Below, one piece after another: positions 26,470-41,134 of a stretch of 64,000 bases of DNA. Positions within the stretch are counted from its first letter, which is position 1; every line of letters begins with the position of its first letter. The notes beneath the pieces are model-generated. The model did no database searches. It saw only the letters and a list, made by a program, of their open reading frames with translations, and was not told the origin of the DNA. The position numbers and the translations under genes are program-made. This DNA is from Eledone cirrhosa (Eukaryota), in the NCBI GenBank assembly GCA_964016885.1, contig OZ024744.1:9920001-9984000 (forward strand), given 5' to 3'.

Positions 26470-28121
26470 GACATACCTCAACGGTCTTGATAGTTCAATT
26501 CCAGTATTGGCAGTGATTTATTACAAATCTCAACACTTATATACCATAAATAATAACATGATAAACTTAAATTTAAAGAAGACGAGGACGTGGAGCAAGA
26601 TAGGGATATAAGGAGGGGTGAATATGAGGAGGTGCAAGAAAAAAATAAAATAAATAAATACATACATAAATATTTAAATAAGTAAATAGATGTATTAGGG
26701 AAGAAATATATAAAAAGACAGAAAAAAGGAAGAAAGAGAGGAGAAAGAAGAAATAACGGTAAAAAAGAAAGAAATGAGGGGGGGGGGTAGGTAGCTAGAC
26801 CGTTGTTTTCAAATATTAAGTCAAATTGAGGCAACCAATAAAATAACATGAAATTTTTAATATATTTTGTATCTGGTTATGTTTAAGGTAATTATACTTA
26901 TATATTATATCAAAATTAAACAAATAAAATTATTTTCTATAGCCGTCAGATACATAGTTTAAATAAGTAATACATTTACCAAATATTTTGTTACAACTTA
27001 TAAAAACATTTTTATCTTTAAAGCATATTTAAATAATTATTACGTGTATTAGGATATTTATTAAAACACATACATATATCACCATCAGTATATATATATT
27101 TTTTATATTAAGATCATTGATTGTCATTGATTGTCATTTAATTACAGGATTAAGTTGCAGTTATATTTACTCTCATTATTTCATATTTACTTCAGTAATT
27201 ACTTATTATTATATATAGTTTCCCTTTAAGGATTTTCATATATTATTAAACTGCATAATTCAAGTTAAATATAATTTAGCAGCTATTCCAGATACTCAAT
27301 ATTATTTTTATATCCTGCTTTATGCAATGCTTCATTATAATATACAGCTTTACTATTAAACTTGGATCTATTAGCAGATAGTCTGGATATTCGTTGTTGG
27401 ACACTGTTGACTATGCATTCTTAACACTTTTAGGATGATTAGAATAAAAACTAACATAATTTAAGTTTTCATTGAGTCTTTGGAAGGGGTAATAGAGGCC
27501 TGAGTTCAAATTAAGAGTTCTAAAAAATTAACTATTTTATTGTTATTTTCTACTTCTAATTTCAGGTCATAATTTTTAAAGAATTCTACAATTACTTTCT
27601 TTACTCTATTTAATTCACTATTATTATGTTTAACCACAGTAAATAATATGTCATCTCTATATAAACCACCGGTAATCTCCGGCAGTTTTCTATTTATCAT
27701 ATTAAGGATGAAAATTTTAATAAATATCCTAATACACGTAATAATTATTTAAATATGCTTTAAAGATAAAAATGTTTTTATAAGTTGTAACAAAATATTT
27801 GGTAAATGTATTACTTATTTAAACTATGTATCTGACGGCTATAGAAAATAATTTTATTTGTTTAATTTTGATATAATATATAAGTATAATTTAAACATAA
27901 CCAGATACAAAATATATTAAAAATTTCATGTTATTTTATTGGTTGCCTCAATTTGACTTAATATTTGAAAACAACGGTCTGGCTACCTACCCCCTCCCCC
28001 TCATTTCTTTCTTTTTTACCGTTATTTCTTCTTTCTCCTCTCTTTCTTCCTTTTTTCTGTCTTTTTATATATTTCTTCCCTAATACATCTATTTACTCAT
28101 TTAAATATTTATGTATGTATT

Positions 28122-29535
28122 TGGCCGAGCTAGAGAAGAAATTCCAAACATGGAAGCACGGCCTAGAATCAAAAAGCCTTAAAATTAACCTGGCTAAGAC
28201 TAAAGTTCTAGTTTGTAGGAAAGAAAATAAGGCGCCGGTCCCTTCCGGGAAATGGCCATGCTCAGTGTGTAGGAAAGGCGTAGGTAGAAACTCCATTTTA
28301 TGTCCCAAATGCAAAGTATGGGTGCATAAAAGATGTAGTGGGATCACAGGTAAGCTAACTAAGAACACAGATTTTACATGTGGCCGGTGCTCTGGTTCAA
28401 TAAGTAGCAGCAAGTGCCCAAAAAATACTAGCTCTTTCAATTGCGCAGAGGGTTCTATAGAAATAGTGGACAGCTTCCGTTACCTGGGTGACAAAATCAG
28501 CAGTGGGGGAGGGTGCTCTGAAAGTACAGTAGCTAGAGTAAGAACTGGATGGAAAAAGTTCAGAGAGCTTATACCACTATTAGCCGCTAAAGGGTTCTCC
28601 CTAAAAATGAAAGGCAGGTTGTATGATGCCTGCATATGAACAGCAATGTTGCATGGCACTGAGACCTGGGCATTGTGTGCAGAGGATATATGCAGACTAG
28701 AGAGGAACGAAGCTTGCATGCTCCGCTGGATATGTAATAGTAATATATGTGAACGGCAAAGCATAAACGAACTAAGGAAAAAATTAGAAATAAGAGGGAT
28801 CAGATGTTGTTTACTCGAGAGAAGGCTACATTGGTATGGTCACGTGATGCGCATGAAAGACGACAGCTGTATAACAAAGTGCAGGGCAATAAAGATAGAC
28901 GTTAGCCACTGAGTAGGCAGACCCAGAAAAACCTGGGACGAGCTGATAAATTCCGACCTCACACACTTACACCTCTCCAAGACAATGTCACTGGACCGAG
29001 ACCTTTGGCGCTACATAGAGAAGACCCGCTTTACTTAAATACAAAGTAAAACCTACTACAGTCAGTAGGCATCTCTAACAAAATACACCCCCATCCCACC
29101 ACCCCCACCCCATCCACACCGCCCCTTTGAATGTAAAGCTATGTTGGTGCCACAACATCCAGGCCGAAACAAATGAGATTGTGTAAGTGTCACGACAAAA
29201 AACACACAGTCCATGCTGTAATGTGGCCGTGTAGGCAACATGGTAAAAACCTCCCAGTCCCACACTGTAAATGTGGTTGGTGTTAGGAAGGGCATCCAGC
29301 TGTAGAAAACCTGCCAGACAGTCCACGCTGTAATGTGGCCGTGTAGGTAACACGGTAAAAACCTCCCAGTCCCACACTGTAAATGTGGTTGGTGTTAGGA
29401 AGGGCATCCAGCTGTAGAAAACACGCCAGACAGTCCTATGCGAGCAAGACAACCACTCTTGCCTCAAGTGGGAAAACTCCCGTCCAAACCCATGCAAGCA
29501 TGGAACATGGACGTTAAACGATGATGATGATGATG
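28122..29535 (+). mobile_element. 5'-truncated RTE LINE inserted in the Penelope-like arm
   Basis: AELEKKFQTWK..PHD-like finger..RLYDAC..WYGHVMR; 3' UTR has a ~120-bp duplication at 29210-29420; (GAT)n tail. Confidence 0.9.
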
Positions 29536-29725
29536 ATTTATTTATTTTATTTTTTTCTTGCACCTCCTCATATTCACCCCTCCTTATATCCCTATCTTGC
29601 TCCACGTCCTCTTCTTCTTTAAATTTAAGTTTATCATGTTATTATTTGTGGTATATAAGTGTTGAGATTTGTAATAAATCACTGCCAATACTGGAATTGA
29701 ACTATCAAGACCGTTGAGGTATGTC

Positions 29726-29787
29726 ATATTTTATCTGATGAGGACATACTGAAAAAACACAGTACCTTCGAAATATATATAATAAAA
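29726..29787 (+). ncRNA. Minimal hammerhead ribozyme motif
   Basis: atattttat CTGATGA (29735) stem II GAAA (29770) tatata TA ataaaa. Confidence 0.7.
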
Positions 29788-29965
29788 CATATATTTTTAT
29801 TATGTGAATGTCTTCATTTATTAATATTCTGAATAATATTAATAACTCCATAAAAATTTTTTGATGAGTGCTTTTAATCTATTGTAAAACTATATCCATT
29901 GAGTAATCAATGAACCATATTAATCTATCTTTGGTTATATATGTATATTTATATATGTATATTTA

Positions 29966-29996
<31 letters not shown>

Positions 29997-30005
<9 letters not shown>

Positions 30006-30354
30006 AGAAAACGAAAAATCAGTGCTGCATCTGGACTTAGTTTATTTCATGTTACAAATGTTTCGCCGGCATGTAGCTCAAGTCATGGTCCTTGTATGGA
30101 TCTGGCTGATTCTACTTCTGTGGGTTCTTTCAGACACGGGTCTGAAAGAACCCACAGAAGTAGAATCAGCCAGATCCATACAAGGACCATGACTTGAGCT
30201 ACATGCCGGCGAAACATTTGTAACATGAAATAAACTAAGTCCAGATGCAGCACTGATTTTTCGTTTTCTTTATAATATCTACACTCTACTCTGATGAATA
30301 TTGAGTGCTAATTTTGGCATACCGCCTATGGAAGCACCATAGCTACCACTATAC

Positions 30355-30358
<4 letters not shown>
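29997..30358 (+). mobile_element. Palindrome (two 139-bp arms, 4-nt loop) plus ~80-bp tail in (TA)n
   Basis: 29997-30135 is the reverse complement of 30140-30278; tail cactctactctgatgaatattGAGTGCT. Confidence 0.8.
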
Positions 30359-30404
<46 letters not shown>

Positions 30405-30408
<4 letters not shown>

Positions 30409-30746
30409 AAAAAGATGAAATCGAAAATGCAACTGGAGTCTTATTTTTTTTTAAATATATATATTTATTTGGTTCCTTTACTGGTTTCGCAGTTCTTCTG
30501 CTTTTCAAAAGTAGAGTTGAGATGGAGGGTCTATGGTTTTTCTCAGAAAAACCACAGAGCCTCCATCTCAACTCTACTTTTGAAAAGCAGAAGAACTGCG
30601 AAACGAGTAAAGGAACCAAATAAATATATATATTTTTAAAAAAATAAGACTCCAGTTGCATTTTCGTTTTCATCTTTTTTTCTTTATACTTTCACTCGTG
30701 TAGGACACCTCGGTTATTTTTCATTTTGTAAAAAAAACCTCACTTT

Positions 30747-30748
<2 letters not shown>
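30405..30748 (+). mobile_element. Near-perfect palindrome (two ~139-bp arms, 1-nt centre) plus tail in (TA)n
   Basis: 30405-30543 versus 30545-30683 with a few mismatches. Confidence 0.8.
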
Positions 30749-30783
<35 letters not shown>

Positions 30784-30979
30784 GTATATGAAATGTCAAC
30801 ATCAACATAAAAACTATAAACTCTATTCTACTTATATTGAGTCTTGTTTTTATCTAGTGTTTACCTAATCCACTATATATGCACGTGTGTACGTATATGG
30901 AACTAATAACATATTTTGCATATATGTGTGTGTATATATATATAGAGAGAGAGGTTTACATATACATAAATTTACATAT

Positions 30980-31649
30980 GTTACAACCGGTCACTTTTTA
31001 GCTCTATGAAGAATTAATAAATTAAAAACTCAGAGCAATATATTATTATAATCATGTCTACAGAATTATTAGATAAACAAAATATATACTCCATTTCCTC
31101 TGCCAAACAGCACAATCAACCATATAAAAAATCAATTATACTAAGCCATAAGGATAAAAGCTCCTATGAAGAAATCTCCGACAAATAAACGAGAGTGGCT
31201 TCTTCGCGGTATCCACAGCAGGTTATTTATCCAACATTTCGACAGCATGCATAAATCGACCAAGTACATAATTAACCATATGCAATTCGGTGTAAAGTCA
31301 AACATAGAAGAACTGTGTACATACCGTAACTCAGATATAGTTACGGTATGTACCTGGGATATAGTTACGGTATGTACACAGTTCTTCTATGTTTGACTTT
31401 ACACCGAATTGCATATGGTTAATTATGTACTTGGTCGATTTATGCATGCTGTCGAAATGTTGGATAAATAACCTGCTGTGGATACCGCGAAGAAGCCACT
31501 CTCGTTTATTTGTCGGAGATTTCTTCATAGGAGCTTTTATCCTTATGGCTTAGTATAATTGATTTTTTATATGGTTGATTGTGCTGTTTGGCAGAGGAAA
31601 TGGAGTATATATTTTGTTTATCTAATAATTCTGTAGACATGATTTATAA

Positions 31650-31653
<4 letters not shown>
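30980..31653 (-). mobile_element. Palindrome with two ~290-bp arms plus left tail, abutting (TA)n
   Basis: ~31042-31331 versus ~31363-31653; centre duplicates gatatagttacggtatgtac. Confidence 0.8.
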
Positions 31654-31685
<32 letters not shown>

Positions 31686-31724
31686 TATGTATATATAAAT
31701 ATGTATATATATATATATATATGC

Positions 31725-31819
<95 letters not shown>

Positions 31820-33246
31820 TATGTATATATAAATATGTATATATATATATATGCATGTATATATAAATATGTGTAGATATGTATGAGTGTATATAGGTAT
31901 TTATGTATATATATGTATGAGTGTATATAGATATTTATATGTATGTGTGTGTTGTCTATGTAACTTAAAGTTACATATCTGACTATGAAAAATAGTCAAA
32001 TAACTTTTGCATATAAGCTCCTGGATGGAAAAAATGTAGACAGTATCCAGGGATTTTATATACCCAAGATAGAATATTTTCAGGGTCAAACACATGTGTT
32101 GAAGCTGTTTACTTCAAATTCAAAATTTATAACTCACTCAACAGTTCTAAAAATAAACTGTTCCTTTCATTATATATATACACACATATACATATACACA
32201 CATGCATAATGTCTATTTAATGACATGAAAAAAATGGCAACAGGACGATGGAGGAGATCCTTTTCATTTTTTAAACTTTTTTTCTTTATTCTATTTTATT
32301 TTTTTGCTTTTTTTTACCAACATCACCCCCAATATTTGTCATTTATTCATATAAAGCCTCCATATTATATTAAATTATGTTGTTTTTTTTTGTTTTTGTT
32401 GTTTTTTTAACTATCTTTAAGCAGAAAATATTTCTATTTATTCAAATAAATATTATAGAATACATTATTTGAAAGCACATCGTGATAAATTCAAATCTCT
32501 AAAATACACCTGTTTGTTTTTGTTCTTTATTTTTCTTCTTCTTTATATTGGTTGAAGATGCATCACATATATATATATATATATATAATTTTAATTGCAC
32601 TAATTACACATACAGACATACACACATATACTCGCTCATAGAAACACACGCATATACATAAATACACATATATGCAGAAACATATGTATAAACATATTTA
32701 CACACGCACACACAGACAGATATATATGCACACACACACACTTTGATGGATACATATATTCATACAAACAATGTGCCGCAAAATGAAACTATACTTAAAG
32801 AAAAATATCTGTAGGAATAAAAAATATTTTTACTTCTATTTTTGACCACACTGAGTTTGTATGTGTTTGTGTGTCTATATGTGTGTGCATGATTACATAT
32901 ATGTTTGTATATATATGTTCCCATTCATGCATACATATATATGATGATGATGATGATGATGAGCATAACTTGTGGGCAGGCTAGATGAATGCTGTACATA
33001 CCAAACAAAGACATGGTTTACAATAATTCTGAACACATAGATTAAGTTGGGTTCACATATTGTATATAGGATTAGTTGAAAGTTTGTATGTTTATTTTTG
33101 TCTCATTTGTATCCTATAGTAGTAGGTGTAATAATACAGCACACTGTCACTACAACCACTTTGTGCCACTCATATATATATGTGTGTGTGTATGTCTATA
33201 TATATGTATATGAGATATGTGTGTATATAGAATATGTTTATATATA

Positions 33247-33296
<50 letters not shown>

Positions 33297-33519
33297 TATA
33301 GATATTCTATACTGGGATAATTTATTCAATATCTATTCTCAAGAGGGATTTTCCTCCTTTTTCAATTTTTGGCATTTTTATTTATTTATTAAATTTTTTT
33401 TTTCAATTAATTAACATTTGTATATATGATAAAAACATTAAAAAAATATCGATTGACTGTAAAGGAGGACTTAAATATTTTATGTACCATATTCCTATGT
33501 AATATTTCTATTTTTAATT

Positions 33520-33568
<49 letters not shown>

Positions 33569-33854
33569 CCAACCGGTCGAGATATTTTTTGGGGTATTTT
33601 TTTTAACTGTTATTCCAATGGATGCTTATTATATAAATATCATATGTAGAGATATTAGAGATATATCAGTGTTTTAACCAACTTCTTATTACATACTATT
33701 ACAGTATCTTGTCGAAAGACTGTTTATTTATTTATTATACATACATTTTTTTTTTTTTTGTTGCTTTAATTGAATGTATGATACAAACTTGTCTTATTGT
33801 GTGTCTGTATTGCAAGTATGTGTCTACATGATGATTGATATATATATATATATA

Positions 33855-33933
33855 CAGAGTGTCCCCAAAAATTGTATACACATATTTATTAGAATTCTGT
33901 TCTAGTGTGTATATGCTTTTTAGGGATACCCTG
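33855..33933. mobile_element. 79-bp Tc1/mariner-type MITE
   Basis: TA|CAGAGTGTCCCCAAAAA...TTTTTAGGGATACCCTG|TA, imperfect TIRs with TA flanks. Confidence 0.65.
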
Positions 33934-34392
33934 TATATATATAAACGTATACATACATATATACATGTGTGTGTGTATACATTATATATATAATGTGTGT
34001 GTGTGTGTGTGTGTGTGTGTTACATATACACACACACAAATTTTCTTTCCTTGCAACCTTTAAAGAAGCGTGGAGTTAAACTGCTGGCCTGGATATCTTG
34101 CAAGTTTTAAGCATTGCTAAAATCAATATTAATACTAATTATTATTGATTATTATTATTAATATCATTATTACTGTTATTATTGTTATTATCAATATTAT
34201 TATATTACATTGTACATGTACTTTTTTTTATTTATCTAATTTTTTTTTTTTTTTTTGCTTTTTCATAATTCAGAAGAAAATCTAATGTTCATCTAAAATA
34301 AAATTTGCAGTGAAAGATATAGAGGTGAGGAGCAAAGAAAAAAATGGTTAATTTAAATAAAAACAGAAGGGAATTAGATTTTACGCAACTAT

Positions 34393-34573
34393 TATAGTGA
34401 AATATAATCCTTATTTTATTTCACTATATATATATATATATAGTGAAATAAAATAAGGATTATATTTCACTATATTACACTCTGTCTAGCTCTACACCTC
34501 GACACTGAAGTGAACCTAAACATCGAGTGCTCACCCGGGTGAACCTACAGTAACTCGAAGTTACACTCCCTGG
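34393..34573 (+). repeat. Small palindrome centred on (TA)n plus GAGTGCT tail
   Basis: tatagtgaaatataatccttattttatttcactata mirrored across the TA run; tail cactc...catcGAGTGCT then (TA)n. Confidence 0.6.
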
Positions 34574-35597
34574 ATATATATATATATATATATATATATA
34601 GTAAGATGGAACAATAAACACAAAAATACCACAAAGAAATAAAAGTGGATATGATTTAAATTGCTCCATCTTTAATTAGTTCATTGCAAACTAATTTTTG
34701 TGCAAAATTGCTATTCTCGGTCTGTACATAAACAAACTCCCGAAACATTACATTGGATATAATATATATATATAGAGAGAGAGAGATATATAGATATAGT
34801 TTCTTGTATTTTTCTCCTCCCCTACCCCGTAACTTAAAAAAAATTTTTTCTTCTTGTTTGTTTGTTTCTTTGTACCTTGTTATTAAGGGCAGCTTCACTT
34901 TTATGGTATTAAGAAAAATACTTCGACCCATTGTTTTTGTTATTGTTTGTTTTCTGTTTTCTTTATTGTTTTGTTTTTCATTTGTTTGTTGTTTTTTTTC
35001 TATTATTATAATTGTTTAAGAAAAAACATTTATAATAGATAATCAAAATCATTTTTTTTTCCATCATTTTTTCTGCAATGGTGAAAATCTGATGAATTTC
35101 AATTCCTAAAATTAGGTTTAAAATAGAAATAAACAATTCTAATTGTCACACGACCTGTGGAATTTATAAGTTGTCTTTTTGGATACATAATGTATGGATT
35201 TTTTTTTTATATGCTTAGAAGAAAAACATTTTCGTCATAAATGGAAATCTGTATTTTTTTTTCAATTTTGTTCACTATAGCAAAGAAAAAAAGTTACAAA
35301 AATACAATAAAAAAAAATTTTTTTTTAGAGAAAGATTTCTTGTGAATTTGAAAAATATAGAAAGAAATTTAAAGTGTATTATATATATATATATATATAT
35401 ATTTATATTCTATATTCTATATATTGTATATTATATATATGTGTGATGGTAATGAAGAAAAATAAAGTATTTTCAATTATGTATTAAAATCTGTACCACC
35501 ATAATGAACATTAGTAGTTTTCAATACATACCAATATATTTGTTTGCGTATATATATGTCTGTGTGAGTATCTACATATATGTCTGTGTATATGTAC

Positions 35598-35670
<73 letters not shown>

Positions 35671-35764
35671 TATCTAGCTGTAAAGGCTTTTGTTCACAAA
35701 GAAATAAAAGTGGATATGATTTAAATTGCTCCATCTTTAATTAGTTCATTGCAAAATTATATCA

Positions 35765-37320
<1,556 letters not shown>

Positions 37321-40281
37321 CCTATATTGTGAATTTGTCTACTAAATTGGGTTTTTATTTGCAAAAATAAATACCTTTTTGTTATTTTTTAACTTAGAGA
37401 AATTTGGTATGTTGTAGCTTTGTCAAAAGTATATTAATGTAACACCTCTTTCTCTTTAACATTAGCTCTTTTAGACTTGATAGTACAATTTCTTTATATT
37501 TTTTATATATTTTAAAGTAACTGGATTGTGTTTTCCTCTTTTGTTTATAAAGAAAAGCATGAAAGCAAGTAATTGTCATTAAGTATATCACCTAAAATCA
37601 ATATTTTTCTATTCACCATTCTTCTTCACGAATATGAAAATAAATAAATAAATATACAAAAATAAAATAACAATGTTATTCCATACTTGAAATTAAAATA
37701 AAATTTTAAAAAGTTTATTTATTTTTCTATTTAATATTTAGTTCCAATCAAATGAATTTGCGCTATAAGCATTGTAAGTTTTAAATATATAAAATAAAAA
37801 AGAAAATAATTAGAAAAACCATGAAAATTATCAGTGAATTTATTATTTAAATAATAATAATAATAAAAATAATAATAGTAATAATAATTATATTATTATT
37901 GTTGTTGTTGTTGTTATTATATATATGGTAGTTCATTTCTCCTTTTAAAATAGTATTTATTTTCTTTTTTGTATATATATATATTATACTGTTGTCCAGT
38001 TCACAGATGCCTAGCTATAGTTATGCTAGTGCACTGCCATTACAGTTATTGTTGTTCTTTGATGCATAAAGAGTTCTGTGGTTGAATAGAATCTTACTCT
38101 GTAACTTGTATAATTTGAACAGATGACCTATTCACTCATGTGTGTAGTAGCACAGCTGACCGACCTCACTTTTGGCGCTGCATTGATATCTTGTTGGGAT
38201 ATTAATGTACCTCTCAATGGCAAATTTTAGTACCAGTGGTTCTTGAATTGTTTCTGTGTGCATGATTCTGTTATGATAAAAATGACAAATAAATATATGA
38301 AGGCACCAACATATGATTCTCCACTCCACAAAATAAGGTCATACACAAAACCTTTCAATAAATCCAATTAGATAGGAATTGGTCGCAGCAAAGCAATTTA
38401 CTTCCTGTATAAAGACTGTTGGAATTCACAGATGGGAATAGAACCAGTGATGAATGTTGTGAAGACAAATAGAATGAGGTGTTTAGGTCATGTGTTGATG
38501 AAGGTGATTGGATGACTGGGGTGATGCAAATGAATGTGTAAGGAAGTAGTGGAAGAGCAAGAAAGACATGTATAAAGATGCTGGAGAAGGAAATGAAAGC
38601 CTAGGGTTTTGTAAAGTTGAGGTGTACAGTTGGAAAAAACGGGGGAGTTTGTAAAGGTAGCTCCCTTTAGCATTGAAGATGACCTCAAAATGCTTATTGT
38701 ACATAAATGTTAACATGAGGAGGGAGACCAGAATTAAGAATTGTAATCAACATGGTTGAGAAGGGTCATTTTTCCAGTGAGTCAACTTAACACATTACAT
38801 CAAATATCTCACCTATCAAATATCTGTAGTCATTACAGGTATCTCATTCACTCACTGGATGTTAGGTTTTTCTAGTTCAATATATCCCAATGGTTGATAG
38901 TAATGTTGCAAGAATTTTCTCATTATGATAATGATAAAGAAAATTATTGTGTACAGTGCTCAGGTACACAATTGGTCCTTTTCATTTTTCCATTGTTAAA
39001 TAATATATATATAAACTAGATATCATTCTTTACAAAAACAATATAAGAAATTGGAAACATAGGTGGAGAAGTTAAAAACAGCTCAAAATAGAGTAATCTA
39101 TTATTATAAACAGTACAAAAGGCTATGTTTCATACTCCTTTGAAAGAATTTTCCCAAAAAGTATGTATACAAAACCCTATTATGCTAAAAATAATAATTA
39201 CACATGAAGCAAATTATTCATTAAAATAGACACCAAATACGTTCATGTTACACCATCACTCTAGAGTTGAGTTTGTTTAAATTTTTAAGACTACTACAAT
39301 ATGATCTGGAAATTTTCCTATTGGAAGAGTATTTTTTATAAATGAGTGTCAAAGACTATAAAACAAGTATATTCTACAAATAATAAGGGTGTCCATCAGG
39401 TAATTCAATTCATAAAATTGACTATGCACTAACTCTTAGATGACCATTGATTTGAATTCTAGCTGCTGGATAGTCTACAGTGTGAATTGCCCCAAAAGAG
39501 GATTTTGTGAGGCATGCATGTGTTCTGGATGTTTATGTGGGAGATCATGGGATTTACCATTTTTTTTAATGTAGAAAATACATAAATGTGGGCATATATA
39601 TATATATATGTATGTATATGTATAGGGTGTGCGTGTGTGTTATGAATACACGAAAGAAAGAGACAAGTGGAGGGGATCCACCTAACAAATGCTAGCCCTG
39701 AAAAACAGGTGAAAATCAGCATAATGTTAATATATATACATGTACATATATACATAAGTATGTAGGTATATATGCATGTACACATATACATACATACTTA
39801 TGTATATGTTGGTGTGTGCTATTTATATAGGTATATTTAAATCTGGATGTTTGCTATGTATGGAAATTCTTCAGTATTTGGTCTTATCTTACAGTCCATT
39901 CTACTTAACCATGAAATACATTCATAATCCACTGGTACTGCCACCAAAATATATCGCAATATTTCAATGGTAGGACAGAATAATATATGCAAGTGATTAG
40001 CTAAACTTGGTATTTTTATTGCTACCATAACTGTTTTATGTTATAATAAATTCCTGACAACTATTGCTGCCTAACTCTTTATATTATAATAAAACTGCTA
40101 TATAAAGTATATATATATATGTGTGTGTGTATGTGTATGTACGTATATATATATGTATCTTTATATATATATGTATATATATATATGTGTATATATATAC
40201 ATGTATATATATGTATATATATATATATACTATACATATATATTATTATATATAGTAGCCATGCCTGTATATTCTTTTCAC

Positions 40282-40402
40282 TCTCACAAGCTCCGATGAT
40301 TTGACTGGTTATAACTTTGTATTGGTGATCGAATAACGTGAAAATAAGCGGATAGCGATCTCTAGACCTACCAGTTCAGAGAAACAATTGTCAGCAATGA
40401 GA
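40282..40402 (+). ncRNA. Hammerhead-like motif with long stem II and a U4C core change, in a short island between microsatellites
   Basis: tctcacaagct CCGATGA tttgactggt...accagttcaga GAAA caattg TC agcaatgaga. Confidence 0.5.
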
Positions 40403-40451
40403 TTAAAAACCTTTTTTGTATAGCAAACCGTGTCACTCTTCTTTCCTGATT

Positions 40452-41130
40452 TATATATATATATATATAATTGTGTGTATATATATATATATATGTGTGT
40501 GTATATATATATATATATGTTTATATGTGTATGTATGTATATATATATATGTTTATATATATATGTATGTATGTGTATACATGTATGTATGTGTATGTAT
40601 GTGTATATATATATATGTATATATTTATATGTATGTGTATGTATGTGTATATATATATATGTATATATTTATATGTGTGTATATATATATATGTGTGTAT
40701 GTATGTATATATATACATATATATATTTATATACATACATACACACATATATATATATTTGTGTAAATATATATACATGTATGTATATATATATATGTGT
40801 GTGTATGTATATATGTATATATGTATATATATATATATGTGTATATGTATATATATATATGTGTATATATATATAAATGTATGTGTATATATATGTATAT
40901 ATATATACATATATATATGTATGTATGTATGTATATATGTATGTATATATGTATATATATATATGTATATGTATATATGTATATATATATATGTATATGT
41001 ATATATGTATATATATATATGTATATGTATGTATGTATATATGTATATATATGTATATGTATGTATGTATATATGTATATATATATATATGTATATATAT
41101 ATATGTATGTATATATATGTATATATATAA
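40452..41130. repeat. (TA)/(TG)/(TATG) microsatellite
   Basis: Seen directly. Confidence 0.95.
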
Positions 41131-41134
41131 ATGT

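Larger units (their letters stand above)
26353..29935. mobile_element. Second Penelope-like element as a large fold-back (arms 26353-27066 and 27715-29842, the right arm split by an RTE)
   Basis: RT fragment GGLYRDDILF..KIVNFL on the minus strand at 27506-27700; the arms are reverse complements; hammerheads in both arms; GAGTGCT tail only on the right. Confidence 0.8.

Noticed and set aside
23179-26471. Long Y/I/M/C/H ORFs here and at 35746-37370, 40416-41210 and 45954-46549
   Set aside because: They arise from stop-free TA/TATG microsatellites
30292-30298. CTGATGA in the palindrome tail as another hammerhead
   Set aside because: No downstream stem II-GAAA-UH arrangement
31166-31528. Mirror-image ORFs MKKSPTNKREW on both strands (also 30326-30673)
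   Set aside because: They follow from the palindromes and show no recognisable protein motif
32200-35500. AT-rich unique sequence as a long 3' UTR or lncRNA
   Set aside because: Plausible but unsupported without transcript data
38132-38410. Possible minus-strand exon with AG/GT-like borders
   Set aside because: No open frame spans the borders and no domain is recognisable
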